The notes below the pieces were generated by a model. The model was not told where the DNA came from, searched no databases, and was given only the letters and a program-made list of their open reading frames with translations. A program made the position numbers and the translations under genes. DNA of 64,000 nucleotides. It comes from Octopus sinensis (taxonomy: Eukaryota). The stretch spans positions 123,628,001-123,692,000 of the forward strand of contig NC_043001.1 in the NCBI RefSeq assembly GCF_006345805.1. The letters are read 5' to 3'. This document shows, piece by piece, positions 51,791 to 64,000 of the stretch; the first letter of the stretch is position 1; each line of letters starts with the position of its first letter.

Positions 51791-54700
51791 GTCATAAACT
51801 TAGCATAGTTTTGCCGCTGATGTTCGAATCAGCAACGTTTCAATAGATTGAATTATATGTAAATCATTTCGGTTTTGATAGTAAAGATATAATAATCGAT
51901 CTTGTGTCAGTAAGATTACAAATTGTGCAGTAGACATAAGATACCGCTGCATCAATAGTATATGTATATTGATTTAATTTGACCCAACTCAGGACAAATA
52001 TTCTTTAAACTGGTGAGTAGTTAATTGAATCCTCGGTAATGATTTAGACATATATATATTTGATAGGCTATTGGAATAAGGAAAGGTTCTCAGATAGGTA
52101 TTTAAATTTAGGAAAATCAAGCAGTAACAGAAAGAAGACAAACTTGTTTAACATCAGCACCAATATGGCAGTGCCCCAGCATGGCCACAGCTCAAGAGCT
52201 GAAACTGGAAAACATAAACATAAACATAAAACATATTTGGTCAGTCCAATTAGAAATCGAACTGTTTTTTAAGGACATGTTACTTTACATATGACAGCAT
52301 CAAAGGATCGCCTCGCGCTTTGTCTCAGACATGGAGCGACATGTGAACAGCTGTGCTCTCGTGAGTTTTGTCTAGGTACATTGTCACTTCCACTGCCTCT
52401 TTCGAACGGTGACATCTAACTAAAAGATATTCTTTATTTGTCATCTTATCACGTTAAACAAACTCCCAATAAAAGAGTTTTTTTTTCCATAAAATACAAA
52501 TAAAAAGCAAACAAGTCAACATCAACTTTATATTCGAGCGACTCTGATGCGCATTTTATTGTTAACGACGACGATGATCCATTCATTGAGACGACAACCG
52601 TATTATTTCGATATGTCATCTGTACATCTATATTTCGTCACCTGCTGTGTGTCTGCTACTATGTCTGAAGAAGCTTTCCATCAGTATTTGAACAATAAAA
52701 CAGTGACCGAATGACTTTTATTGAGTTCCCTTAATATTCTTGTGTTAGTAGACAAAACACACATTTTGCAGTAATATGTTGCATGTGAAATTTTCCTTAA
52801 TAAGTGAATACTTCCTAGAAGACTGCATGGACCAAGGAATTAGAATACATGCCCACTTTTGGAATATGATTGTTTGTCGCGGAAAGTCTTTAAAATTCGG
52901 AAGTGTCTTGGAGGAATGTTGTTCCACATTTGAAGCACAATGTCACTTGAGCTTGCTTATAGTTCAATCAATTCAACCCCATAGACCTATGGCAATGCTG
53001 GTATAGTGACTGTAAAGGTTTTACCCAATTCCAGAGCAAACAACGAATATTATTTTCAAAAGTGTTTATTGTTCAACTTTTGATAAATTTGTAGGGTGCA
53101 CTAAACATGTGTTCATCATAACACATGTAGGTCGATATATGAATATCCTGGTACAATATGGTTGACATTAAGCCGAAAGACAAGTTGCATTGCAAGTGAC
53201 AGGCACATTGCGACAACTAGTAGGTTCGGCATGCTTTTTAGTAGGCCTTTTTTTACCTGCCTTTTTCGTCAATCTAGGAAGAAGTGGAAGGTCTCGAAGT
53301 GTTAAATTATTCGCTTTACTCCACGACAAAAAAAAAAATCAGACACTTCTATAAACCCTCCTTTGGACTAATTATTTCCGACGGTACAGCCAAGTGTGCG
53401 TTTCCTAGGGGTCCAAATTTTACAGAACGACTTTGTAACTTAACTGTCTCCGTCGGTCAAGTTAGAACATGCATATGCGTATATAAGTGTAATTAGAACT
53501 GCACATCTGGAAGTCGGAATATTTTTAGGTATTATTTTTACGCTCCGGTGACTGAATTCACCGCCTTTTACCTTTATATACAGTATCCGCTGTGGTTACT
53601 ATTAAAGCAATTGGTAAATGGCTGGTAGGCTGCGTCGGCGAACCAGTTTCAATTTTCGATTGAAATCACCTTGTTTCACTTATTTGGATAGTACTTATTT
53701 TATCCACCAAGTGAGATGAAAAGCAAATTAGTGTTCTGCAGATTTGTATTACCTGTATAAACCGTAGACAAAACATATTGTTGGTTGACAAGTAAGAGTC
53801 GTGTTTCATAACAACTAATGACATTTATGTCTCACCAAGCGCCATCAGCATCATGAAGTGAAATGGCTTTCAAGAGGAACTCATCTAGGAGTCGTTCTTA
53901 ACAAAAATCAGGTATTAAGTCGCAGACAGCACAATTTCTCTGTGAGTGCAAATCTTAAAGGAAATAATTCTTGTTAATACTATAAATTCTCAGTAAAGAA
54001 AGAAAAGAAGTTATATTCTTCATTCTGTTCCTTAACGGCACCCGATCTCTCCTGATTCAACAAATTTTTCATTGAAGGTGTTACATATGTGGCGATCCAG
54101 TCTTATGCTATAAATTTACCAGTGATGGCTTTTCTTAATTTTTAATACGGTAGTATCCAATTTGAGAGAATTTGGTTCCTATTTGAAGAAGACCTAACGA
54201 ATACGAAATTATTCCGATCTGAGATAAGCCAGCTATGGAAAACTCTGTCACATGTGTCATGCGTAATGCGCTGCAAGATTTTAGGTGACAGGCAAAGGAC
54301 TATGAAGAAACAAAATCTTCCGGTTATAGCATCTTATAAAACACATGTATACAAGTCAGTGACACTCTAATAACAGAATGTGGAAAAAGTTTGAGACTTG
54401 AGCTGAAATACTTCATCGCCATTTGTCTAGGCGAGTGGTTCTCAATTCTTTATTAATTATCGCTCCATTTCTTTTACTAACACCTTTCAACGGCCCTGTG
54501 CAAAGATGCATTTACACTTAAATGATGCACGTATACTAAATACAATGCCAGAACAATCAGTTAGTTGATTGACACCCGTGGCTTCTTACCACCGCACTGT
54601 TTTACTCTAAGCGAATATTTGGTGCGTCACAACTTAACATTATTTATTGACGCCACTATTAGCTGGTGGCTTCGGTTAAAGTCAGGTACAAATCCCTCGC

Positions 54701-56329
54701 ACTTCTTAGATACCTCCTTAGCCAGCTGTTGAAGTCAATCTTTATATTCCTATTTAACATACAAAAAAGCAAAAGTTGCCTGTATGTCCATACATACATT
54801 TATTTATTTGTAAGACCACGTGCGAATTTACACACGTCTGTATATGCACATGTCTGTATATACACACAAGTAAATTAACAGATGACACTCATGGCTACAA
54901 TCAACCACGTTGTTGATTATGCTTCTAATTATGTTATATTATGCTTATAGATATGCATACAAACTCAGAACATTATCTAACACTGTAAGTACAGTCATCG
55001 TCCTTATTGCTTGTACGGAAATACCCACACATTTTGACAAGGCCTTTAAAATTATAATTTTGCTCATAGTTTATAATTTACGCACATATGTAGTATATAT
55101 TGTTTGGTTTATTTACTTATTCACATTTCAAACTCTATTATAATTATTGTTGATGTTAATACTTTAGTTATTACCTTTGCTGCTGTGCTGCTGTGATTAA
55201 ATCTAACAAGGAGTTTGTTTTGTTTTTAGTTCAATATTTAAATTGAAGACAGTGAACAAAAGAGTGCAGAGGCATCTATCGCACTGTCCAGCTCATTTTG
55301 TCCCCATGTAGCCATGGGCATGCATCATTAGACGTGTCCCTGGTTTGAACTGACATGAACCATCGACAAATTCATCGATATTCCAATATGCCATCGACCC
55401 AGAATTGTATAAATGTCTACATTTGATATATAATAAAAGCAGAAAGGCTGTTAAACATGAAAAGCTATGACTCATTTGCATTTTAAATATGACAGCTACG
55501 GTATGGAAACTAAAACTTGGTAGCGGTATATAGTGGGTGGTAGGTATTATTTGTGCGGTACAGTAAAGTACAAACTGATATTTGCCATTCAGTATATGAC
55601 GGTAAAATTTTCACTTCTGGAAAAGCTCTGAGAAAATTAGTGTTGAAAGTATAGTACTGTGTCAGCTAAGAATATTCAGAAATCTTTTTATCTTGCTGCG
55701 TCTATCTATGTTCATCTTCGTCTGTCGACAGCGCTGTTGCTAATTTATCATCGGGGTTGAGGAAAGACACTTCCTCACACACAGACACACAGACACACTA
55801 ATACACATACATTTATTCGGCATACAAGACATATGCACACCGTATAATATGGCACACTTACAGATAGATACTCACTCTTATATATACATATATATATATA
55901 CACGTATACTCAAATATACATACATATAGATCAATGATAGATACAAAGATTGATGCACGTTTACACGTAGAAATATCTATAACCGTATAAATCTCAAACC
56001 TCATAAACACATAAACTCACAAGTATGTGTACGTGCTCGCCAACGTAGGCATATATACTCAGGTAGATACATATACAAACAGCTGCATACATACACAGAT
56101 GTATACGGACACATCAGGAATACACACAGAAAAATAGCACCTTTCTACAAAAGTACATACATACAAAAACATTGAGCGACGATGCAAATGAAGGAGACAG
56201 GATAGAAAGAATCGATATGACGTATGTATATTCCACAAACATGCCTTTATCGCATTTACTCCAAACACAGATGTGCTTGTATCTGCAAGCATCACTTAAA
56301 TTAAAGAAAAGATTCTGAAAAACCAGATG

Positions 56330-56650
56330 AGATAATCTGGCCGTATTGTTCGAATGGCAGATGAATGCACACCCAAACAGCTGTTTTATGGTGAGAGGGG
56401 AAACGCTATCGGTGTAGACCTAAAAAGAGGTTTAAGAACGTCATAAGGACTACCATGAAGTCACTTGGAATGGATCTAGAGGACATAGAAACCCTTGCTT
56501 TGGATCGAGCTGATTGGCGGACAAAAGTGTAGAGTGGAGTGAAAGCGTTTGAAGAGGCCAGGATAACACATGCAAGACTCAAGAGTGGTGAATCGCAATG
56601 ACCTTTTACTCTGCATAATTTGTGAGAGACTATGCCTTTCTTTTGCTTGG
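56330..56650 (+). mobile_element. RTE-clade LINE 3' fragment
   Basis: GRIVRM.D..TPKQLFYGE..GKR..RPKKRFK...LALDRADWR..V..GVKAFEEAR...CIICERLC. Confidence 0.85.
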
Positions 56651-57079
56651 CATACACACTCACACACACACATTTATGTATATATCAATTTGTGGTTTTT
56701 CATTAAGTTAATTATAAATACATATTCAACATAAAATTGAAGGATTACTCAATCCTTTATAACGTATTAGGGAGAAAAGATGGGCCGTTACCTGCTCGCC
56801 TTCATCAGATTGTTACACGAAGATGTATATATATAATTGAAACATAGTATAAAATCTTTATAAGTATTTATCAAGTAGTTAGAGTGAAAAACATCATAAG
56901 GGAAAAGTCCATCAATTATTCCTCTTAAATATATTTATTTATATTGTGGGCATTACTATACATAAATACCTCACGCTAGGAGGGACTCTTAAAGTCAAAT
57001 CTACCGTAATGAATAAACACATTGTACCAAACGCGAGGAAATGCAAATCTCGAAGCGTGCATTTTAATACCAGAATTCA

Positions 57080-57180
57080 GCTGCATATCATATGATTTCA
57101 TTAGTGAACAAAATCACTAATCGTCAGTGCAAGCATAATGCAAGCACTGACGATTAAAAAGTGCATTTTGTGCACTAATT
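57080..57180. ncRNA. Inverted HHR pair; minus copy 57080-57134 nearly complete
   Basis: GCTTGCA-CTGACGA-TTAGTGA ttttgt TCACTAA-T-GAA-ATCATATGAT-A-TGCAGC; plus copy 57147-57178 has core and stem II only. Confidence 0.7.
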
Positions 57181-57205
57181 ATATATCTGTATGTATATAT
57201 ATGTT

Positions 57206-57430
57206 GAGGCGCGTGGCTTAGTGGTTAGAGTGTCAGCATCATGATCGTAAGATTGTGGTTTCGATTCCTGGACCGGGCGACGCGTTGTGTTCTTGAGCAA
57301 AACACTTCATTTCACGTGGTCTAGTCCACACAGCTGGCAAAATGATTAACGCTGCGATGGATTGACGACCTGCCATTGAAACCGGGAAACCGGCCTATGA
57401 GCCTGGCTAGGCTTTAAAAGGGCGCATTTT
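57206..57430 (+). mobile_element. tRNA-derived SINE family C
   Basis: GAGGCGCGTGGCTTAGTGGTTAG..GGTTTCGATTCC; central block shared with family B, different tail. Confidence 0.8.
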
Positions 57431-57470
57431 ATTATATGTACATATGTAAATATATATATATATATATATA

Positions 57471-57521
<51 letters not shown>

Positions 57522-57689
57522 TGCACACACACACACATATAGTATATTGCACGCAGTATATATTTATGAACTACTAATAGTTATATAAATTGAAGATTTC
57601 CTCTAGGTGTATTTTAAATATATGAAACTATCAGAAGCCCATTGTGTACATTTCATAAGATGGAATACTGTTGTTGTTGATCTTACCTA

Positions 57690-57729
<40 letters not shown>

Positions 57730-57732
57730 TTC

Positions 57733-58130
57733 TCTTTTTACTTGCTTCAGTCATTTGACTGCGGCCATGCTGGAGCACCGCCTTTAATCGAGCAACTCGA
57801 CCCCGGGACTTATTCTTTGTAAGCACAGTACTTATTCTATCGGTTCTTTTGCCGAACCGCTTAGTGACGGGGACATAAACACACCAGCATCGGTTGTCAA
57901 GCAATGCTAGGGGGACAAACACAGACACACAAACAGACATGCACATACACACACGTATATACATATATACGACAGGCTTCTTTCAGTTTCCGTCTACGAA
58001 ATCCACTCACAAGGCTTCGGTCGGCCCGAGGCTATAGCAGAAGACACTTGCCCAAGGTGCCACGCAGTGAGACTGAACCCGGAACCATGTGGTTGGTTAG
58101 CAACCTACTTACCACACAGCCACTCCTGCG

Positions 58131-58132
<2 letters not shown>
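57733..58132 (-). mobile_element. SINE family A
   Basis: Full reverse-complement copy between (TA)n tracts. Confidence 0.9.
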
Positions 58133-58195
<63 letters not shown>

Positions 58196-59510
58196 ATACA
58201 TATGCATCATATGTGTGTCTATGTACGTGTATATGTGTCAATATTTTTTAATGCAGGAATTGGTATGCGATTGAGTAAGTGCTCAACAGCACATACACAA
58301 GGCTGAGAATTGCGTGCATGTAAAGCTTCGCATGTTCATATATATATATACAAGAGTATAACTGGTTGGTTAGAGCTGTATTTGAGCATGTTTACTTGTT
58401 GGAGTGTGTATGTATGATGGATATGTGAACAGAAGGGTGATTGGCTGAAAGCAGAAAAGGGAGACGTATCGGATAGAGCGGGAGATGTGGAATAGTTGTG
58501 GGAGAAAGAAGGATTTTTTTTAGTAAAGAGATGAAAAACAACAGTGAAAAGAGAGAAATAGCGATAAAAATATGGAGCAAAGATGTAAGAGAGAGGAAGG
58601 AAAAAAAGACAGAGGGATAATCATGTCTACGTTGATGTAATAATATAAGAAGAGTGATAGAGAGAGTGGAAGGGAGGGATGAAGTGAAAGAGAGTGGAAG
58701 AAAAAGTGAGAGAGAAAGGGGCGAGATAGAGAAAGCGTAACATGAAAGGGTCTCTCTATCTCTTCCTCTCTCTCTCTTTCTCCCCCTCTCTCTTTCTCTC
58801 TCTGTCTCTCTCTTCTCTCTCTCTCTCTATCTATAGGGAAAAGGGTAAAGATGGTAGAAATACTATGTGAAATAGTTAAAAATTTGAAGCTGAAACATCT
58901 CGTTGTAAAGGTAGGTGAAAAAGAAGGCAAAATATAGACTGGTGGTGGTAAATACTGAACGCACGCGAGAAAGAGTGATAGAGTTAGTGATATATATATA
59001 TATTTATATATATATAGAGAGAGAGATTAAGAAAGTCCAAGAAACAGTAAAACGAAAAAGTAACCGAAGATGATTATGTGATGTGCTCTGTTCAGTAACT
59101 GTGTGATTCTTTTGTCTCTCTTCGTTTCGATCACTCTGTTCCACACACACATACATACACGCTCACATAAATACATATTGCCCTTCCACACACACACACA
59201 CACGCCTACGCGTGCGCCTGCACACGCACATCAGTGCACATGTTTTCTCTAACGCGCACGCGGAAAGACTCGCCATCACACATGCAAAAAAGAGTCGCCT
59301 GCCAGTAGGCACACATCTAGGTGTGTTTGCTCATAAACGCAGTGAGCAACAATCAAATTATAAGATTCAATGCGATTGGAAGTAAAGTATTGCGCAGCAT
59401 TTTTTTTTTTTTTTTACAATTTCACAATTGGCAACACTCCTTCACTTCTGGAAATAACTTAACGAGAGTTAATATAGAAAATGCAATAAAAATTACGACA
59501 CACACACACT

Positions 59511-59545
<35 letters not shown>

Positions 59546-59892
59546 GTATGTTCATATGCATGTGTCTATGCATGTATGTATTCACGTATTTGTATGTATG
59601 TGTGTATGTATGTATGTATGTTCGTACACACACAATACACACACACATATAGGATATGCAGACAAAAAGAACCTGTCGAAACGTCCAGAAAATGAAAATC
59701 AATATAATACAGAGGAAGAGTGAATGCATGAAGTTTTAAATTCTATAGTTTTGTTATAGAGGGGAGATTTTAAACGTGCAAATTGAGAGATGACAGAATC
59801 TAGTAATTTTGTTTTTTGTTTTATCGGCGCGAAAAATGGCCATTTATGACACTCAAAATATGGTCATGGAATATGAATATCAGTACAACTGC

Positions 59893-60420
<528 letters not shown>

Positions 60421-60429
60421 TTATTCAAC

Positions 60430-60575
60430 CCCTGTGATCAACTGGTACTTATTTTGTCGACTCCGAAAAGATGAAAGGAAACGTCGACCTGGATGGAATT
60501 TGAACTCAGAACCTAAATCCGATAGAAATGCCGGTAAGGACTTTTTTCCGATGTGCTAGCGATTCTGCCACTTCA
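60430..60575 (-). mobile_element. SINE family D-related, diverged 5' part
   Basis: TGGTACTTATTTTGTCGAC..GATGAAAGG..GAATTTGAACTCAGAAC..GCTAGCGATTCTGCCA. Confidence 0.7.
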
Positions 60576-60612
60576 CCACTTTAATAACAATAAAAATAGT
60601 ATCAACAGCGTC

Positions 60613-60818
60613 AAGAAGAAGAAGAAGAAGAAGAAGAAGAGAAGAAGAAGAAGAAGAGAAGAGAAGAAGAGAAGAGAAGAAGAAGAAGAAGAAGAAGAAG
60701 AAGAAGAAGAAGAAGAAGAAGAAGAAGAAGAAGAAGAAGAAGAAGAAGAAGAAGAAGAAGAAGAAGAAGAAGAAGAAGAAGAAGAAGAAGAAGAAGAAGA
60801 AGAAGAAGAAGAAGAAGA
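60613..60818. repeat. Long (GAA)n microsatellite
   Basis: ~205 bp, nearly pure over most of its length. Confidence 0.97.
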
Positions 60819-60861
60819 TAATAATGATAATCTTATATTTCTACTATAGGCACATGGGGCC

Positions 60862-61425
60862 TCAAATTTGAGGTAAGAGATTAGCCGATTGCATGGACCC
60901 GAATGTTTCACAATCTATTGACCCCGAAATGATGTAAGGCCTTGAAAGGATAACCAATTTTCGTTCATTAACAGCAAGACTTGCCAGGCAGACAGCATTA
61001 TTACCACAAATTTTTATAGCCTCAGGAGAGATAGGAAAATTGGGTAGCACGACCTTCCCGTCTAAGTAACAAACCCTGGTAGTTTCCCCTTTGAACTTAT
61101 GCGCTTCACAATACTAACACATGATGTTCATTCTACCTATGCTATCGATACTGTACGGCAGCTCAGGGACTTGAGGTATACCACTCAAAATCTCATTGGT
61201 CTTGGTTGCATCTTTCTGAGGGGTACTCTGTTATGTCCGTGCGTCTGTTCTTCCGTCTCAGCATTTACTGCAGCAGCGTGATACAGATAGTTTCACTCAC
61301 AGCATTGCTGAGATTGCTCAGCAGACTCAGCAGCTCTGACTTCAGCATGTCACTGACGATTCCTTTCTCGTTCTTGTTGACTGTCCTCATCAGACAATCT
61401 AGTTCTGTATGCAGCCATGCACTCA
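60862..61425 (-). mobile_element. Helitron RepHel N-terminal fragment, second family
   Basis: R/E/Q-rich start, IGRMNIMC*YCEAHKFKGETTRVCYLDGKVVLPNFP, NNAVCLASLAVNE. Confidence 0.8.
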
Positions 61426-61441
61426 GCATTGGTTTTGGGGT

Positions 61442-61718
61442 GGAGGCGCAATGGCCCAGTGGTTAGGGCAGCGGACTCGCGGTCATAGGATCGCGGTTTC
61501 GATTCTCAGACCGGGCGTTGTGAGTGTTTATTGAGCGAAAACACCTAAAACTCCACGAGGCTCCGGCAGGGGATGGTGATCCCTGCTGTACTCTTTCACC
61601 TCAACTTTCTCTCACTCTTACTTCCTGTTTCTGTTGTACCTGTATTTCAAGGGGCCGGCCTTGTCACTCTCTGTGTCACGCTGAATATCCCCGAGAACTA
61701 CGTTAAGGGTGCACGTGT
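61442..61718 (+). mobile_element. tRNA-derived SINE family E
   Basis: GGAGGCGCAATGGCCCAGTGGTTAG..GGTTTCGATTCTC head, distinct body. Confidence 0.8.
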
Positions 61719-61940
61719 AAAATGCCATGTAATTAGTTTAAAATGCGGTAAAAATAGGGGAGTCAGAGGCGCCCCAATTAGGCGGCCCTTAAAAAATAGA
61801 CCCACTTAGGACATTCCTTGGAATTTGGAGAAGTTGCTGGTTTGAGTTTCGATGTCCTTGCCACAACACTCTAGGAGGTGTTAACGGACATAAAAACGTA
61901 ACGGACAGAGAAACATCACTCAAATTTATAATAGGATGTA

Positions 61941-63210
61941 TCTGGTTGAGTAAAAAGTAAGCAACGTTTTGAATCGTTGAAAGATTTGTACCCACTTTTC
62001 TGCAGAATTTTGGATGGTTTTTTTTAACATGTTTTTGCAATTGTTTGACAAAACAGACACAAACTTTCCCAAATGCATCAAGAAATTAACATCGATATTT
62101 TTTCACAGTTGTTACAATTATCTAAAATGGAACTGCCAGAGTACGATATTCGAGCAATTTTGCTATTAAACTTTAAAAAAGTACGTAAAGTAGCTGAAAC
62201 TGTTCGTGATATCAACGAAATGTTTGATGAGGAAATGACTAATGAGTGGTCAGCTCGAAAATGATTTAAACGATTTCGCAGCGGAGATAGAGCCTTGAAT
62301 TTCGTGAGCGTAGTGGACGCCCATCTGTCATCGATGACGGCCACTTAAAGACCGTCATTGAGAAAGATCCACGTAAAACCATTCGAGAACTAGCAAAAGC
62401 AATTCAAGTTAGCCAGAAAACTGCCTGTAACTTTTTGCATGTGCTCGGAAAATCAAAATACTCGACAAATGGGTACCACACGATTTGAATGAAAATCAAA
62501 AAAATGCGCAGATATGGAATTTGCTCATCGCTTCTTTTCTGTAACTAGACCGATCCATTTCTCGACCGTATTGTATCTTGCGATGAAAAGTACATTCTAT
62601 ACAATAATAAAGCACGTTCTTCACTGGCTGAACCAAATGAAGCACCGAAAACCTTCCCTAAACCTGAGCTCTTCAAAACGAAGGTTATGGTGACTGGTGT
62701 ATTGCTGTGTGAACAACTTAAAACCCAGAAAAAACCATTACTGCAGAAACATATTGCCATGAAATTGCCAAAATGAATGAAAAACTACTACTTCTCCATC
62801 CCAGACTGGTCAACGGAAGAGGGCCAATCATTATTCATGATAATGCTCGACCATATGTTTCGCTAATGATGTTCCAGAAGTTGAGGGAATTTGGCTACAA
62901 ATTTCTTTCCTACTCAGCTTATTCCCCAGATCTTTTTTCCTATTGACAACCACATTTTCAAGCACATTGATGGTTTTCTGCGAGAGAAGAAGTTCAAAAA
63001 TCAAACCGATGCTGAAAGTGCGTTCAAAGAATTCATCAGCTTCAGAATTCCAGATTTTTATGTTACCGGAATAAACAAACTTGTAACTCGTAGGCAAAAA
63101 TGTGTTGGTTGTAATGGTACTTATTTTTATGGATAAAATTTCCGCACTGTTGAAATATATTGTGATGAATTTCACGTTTCAGAACGTTGCTTAATTTTTA
63201 CTCAGCCTGA
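61941..63210 (+). mobile_element. Full-length decayed mariner (DD34D) transposon, 1270 bp
   Basis: 33-bp TIRs (TCTGGTTGAGTAAAAAGTAAGCAACGTTTTGAA, 4 mismatches), TA on both sides; WVPHDL, CDEK, HDNAR, YSPDL..D motifs; stops and frameshifts. Confidence 0.95.
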
Positions 63211-63214
63211 TATG

Positions 63215-63447
63215 CAGGGTTGGCCAAAAGTCACCTGAGAGTAAATCAAAGTCATTTAATTCCAATATTTATTTATGTTTAACAACTGAATGAATTTAAT
63301 AAAAGCATCTAAATATGAAGCATCATGAAAATTGTTCAAACTGAAGTCTTTCTTGAGCGACACATTTTCTCATTCGAGTCAAAATAGAATTAGAGATAGT
63401 ATTTATGGAAGTTTGATTTACCGTCTGGTGACTTCTGGCCAAGTATG
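63215..63447. mobile_element. Tc1/mariner-type MITE
   Basis: ~30-bp TIR core TTGGCCA(A/G)AAGTCACC..GTAAATCAAA at both ends, CAGGG start, TA flanks. Confidence 0.7.
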
Positions 63448-63649
63448 TATACAGATAGAAACTCACCTACACCCAGATATGTATGTAATTACTGCTGTGT
63501 GAACAGTCTTTTACTACATTGCTATTACTTTAATATACTACAGAACCATCAATAAACTTTTAACCAACGCTGTATATAGCAATGAATGTGAGTCATTACG
63601 TCTATATACTCAGTTTGTTCGCAGACATATAAAGAAAGCAAAAGCTGCA

Positions 63650-63692
63650 TATACGGCATATTTCAGCTCCGCTTACAGTCTCGTCAGAATCT
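63650..63692 (-). ncRNA. Degenerate HHR-like motif
   Basis: CTGACGA-GACT gtaagcgg AGCT-GAAA-TATGCC; stem II and cleavage triplet damaged. Confidence 0.35.
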
Positions 63693-64000
63693 GTGCACCA
63701 TATATAATGATCAACGAGCACACTGCTTATAAGCGTGTTGGTATTAGTAGCTAAAGTAAACCACATTTGAACAATTTGAATACTTAACACTTTCTTGGCA
63801 GCTTGTTCGAATATTTAATAACAGGTGTTTTGAAAATCTATAGACATGTTGCATAGTTACATTATAGCAATGACGCGAATCGCTGTTTAACAAACTAGCA
63901 ATTTAATATTTGAATTAGCTGTCAAGAAAATGTTAAATATGCAAATTGGTCAATCCGTTTTACTTTAGCCACTAACATCAGTGCACAGCTGCTGACGAAA

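Noticed and set aside
56775-56812. CTGATGA-AGGC...GCC on the minus strand
   Set aside because: GAAA and helix III are missing; at most a half relic. Similar weak strings near 1065, 21140, 40520 and 43435 were not called
60553-60911. Poly-E and poly-S ORFs; likewise poly-I/L/N ORFs at 28.3, 34.9, 36.8, 38.0, 46.3 and 50.2 kb
   Set aside because: Trinucleotide microsatellite read-through

Overview
Eukaryotic, very AT-rich, repeat-saturated genomic DNA. The SINE families and microsatellite load look like an octopod cephalopod (Octopus); this is inferred from recognised repeat sequences, not from a search. There is a 100-N assembly gap at 46850-46949. No intact host protein-coding gene, rRNA, true tRNA gene or CRISPR array can be supported. 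Most ORF-track entries are translations of microsatellites or SINEs. What can be read: (i) at least five tRNA-derived SINE families; (ii) several Dong/R4-like non-LTR retrotransposon pieces with a restriction-like endonuclease, plus a ~550-bp non-coding family, embedded in or abutting (TAA)n in one polarity, one copy with an apparent >=120-bp target-site duplication; (iii) Penelope-like elements (PLEs) of two architectures; (iv) Helitron/Helentron pieces, a full-length decayed mariner and several MITEs. The most striking signal is a dense set of type I hammerhead ribozyme (HHR) motifs from several sequence families. These include an intact HHR in a ~290-bp tandem retrozyme-like unit, two head-to-head HHR palindromes, and a composite element made of a tRNA-like Pol III head, (AAT)n and a minimal HHR tail, which looks like a ribozyme-bearing, PLE-dependent SINE. 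A SINE-interrupted ~150-codon frame at about 51.09-51.79 kb with a diverged inverted paralogue is the best trace of a host gene (possibly a receptor ectodomain). All translations and pairings were done by eye.
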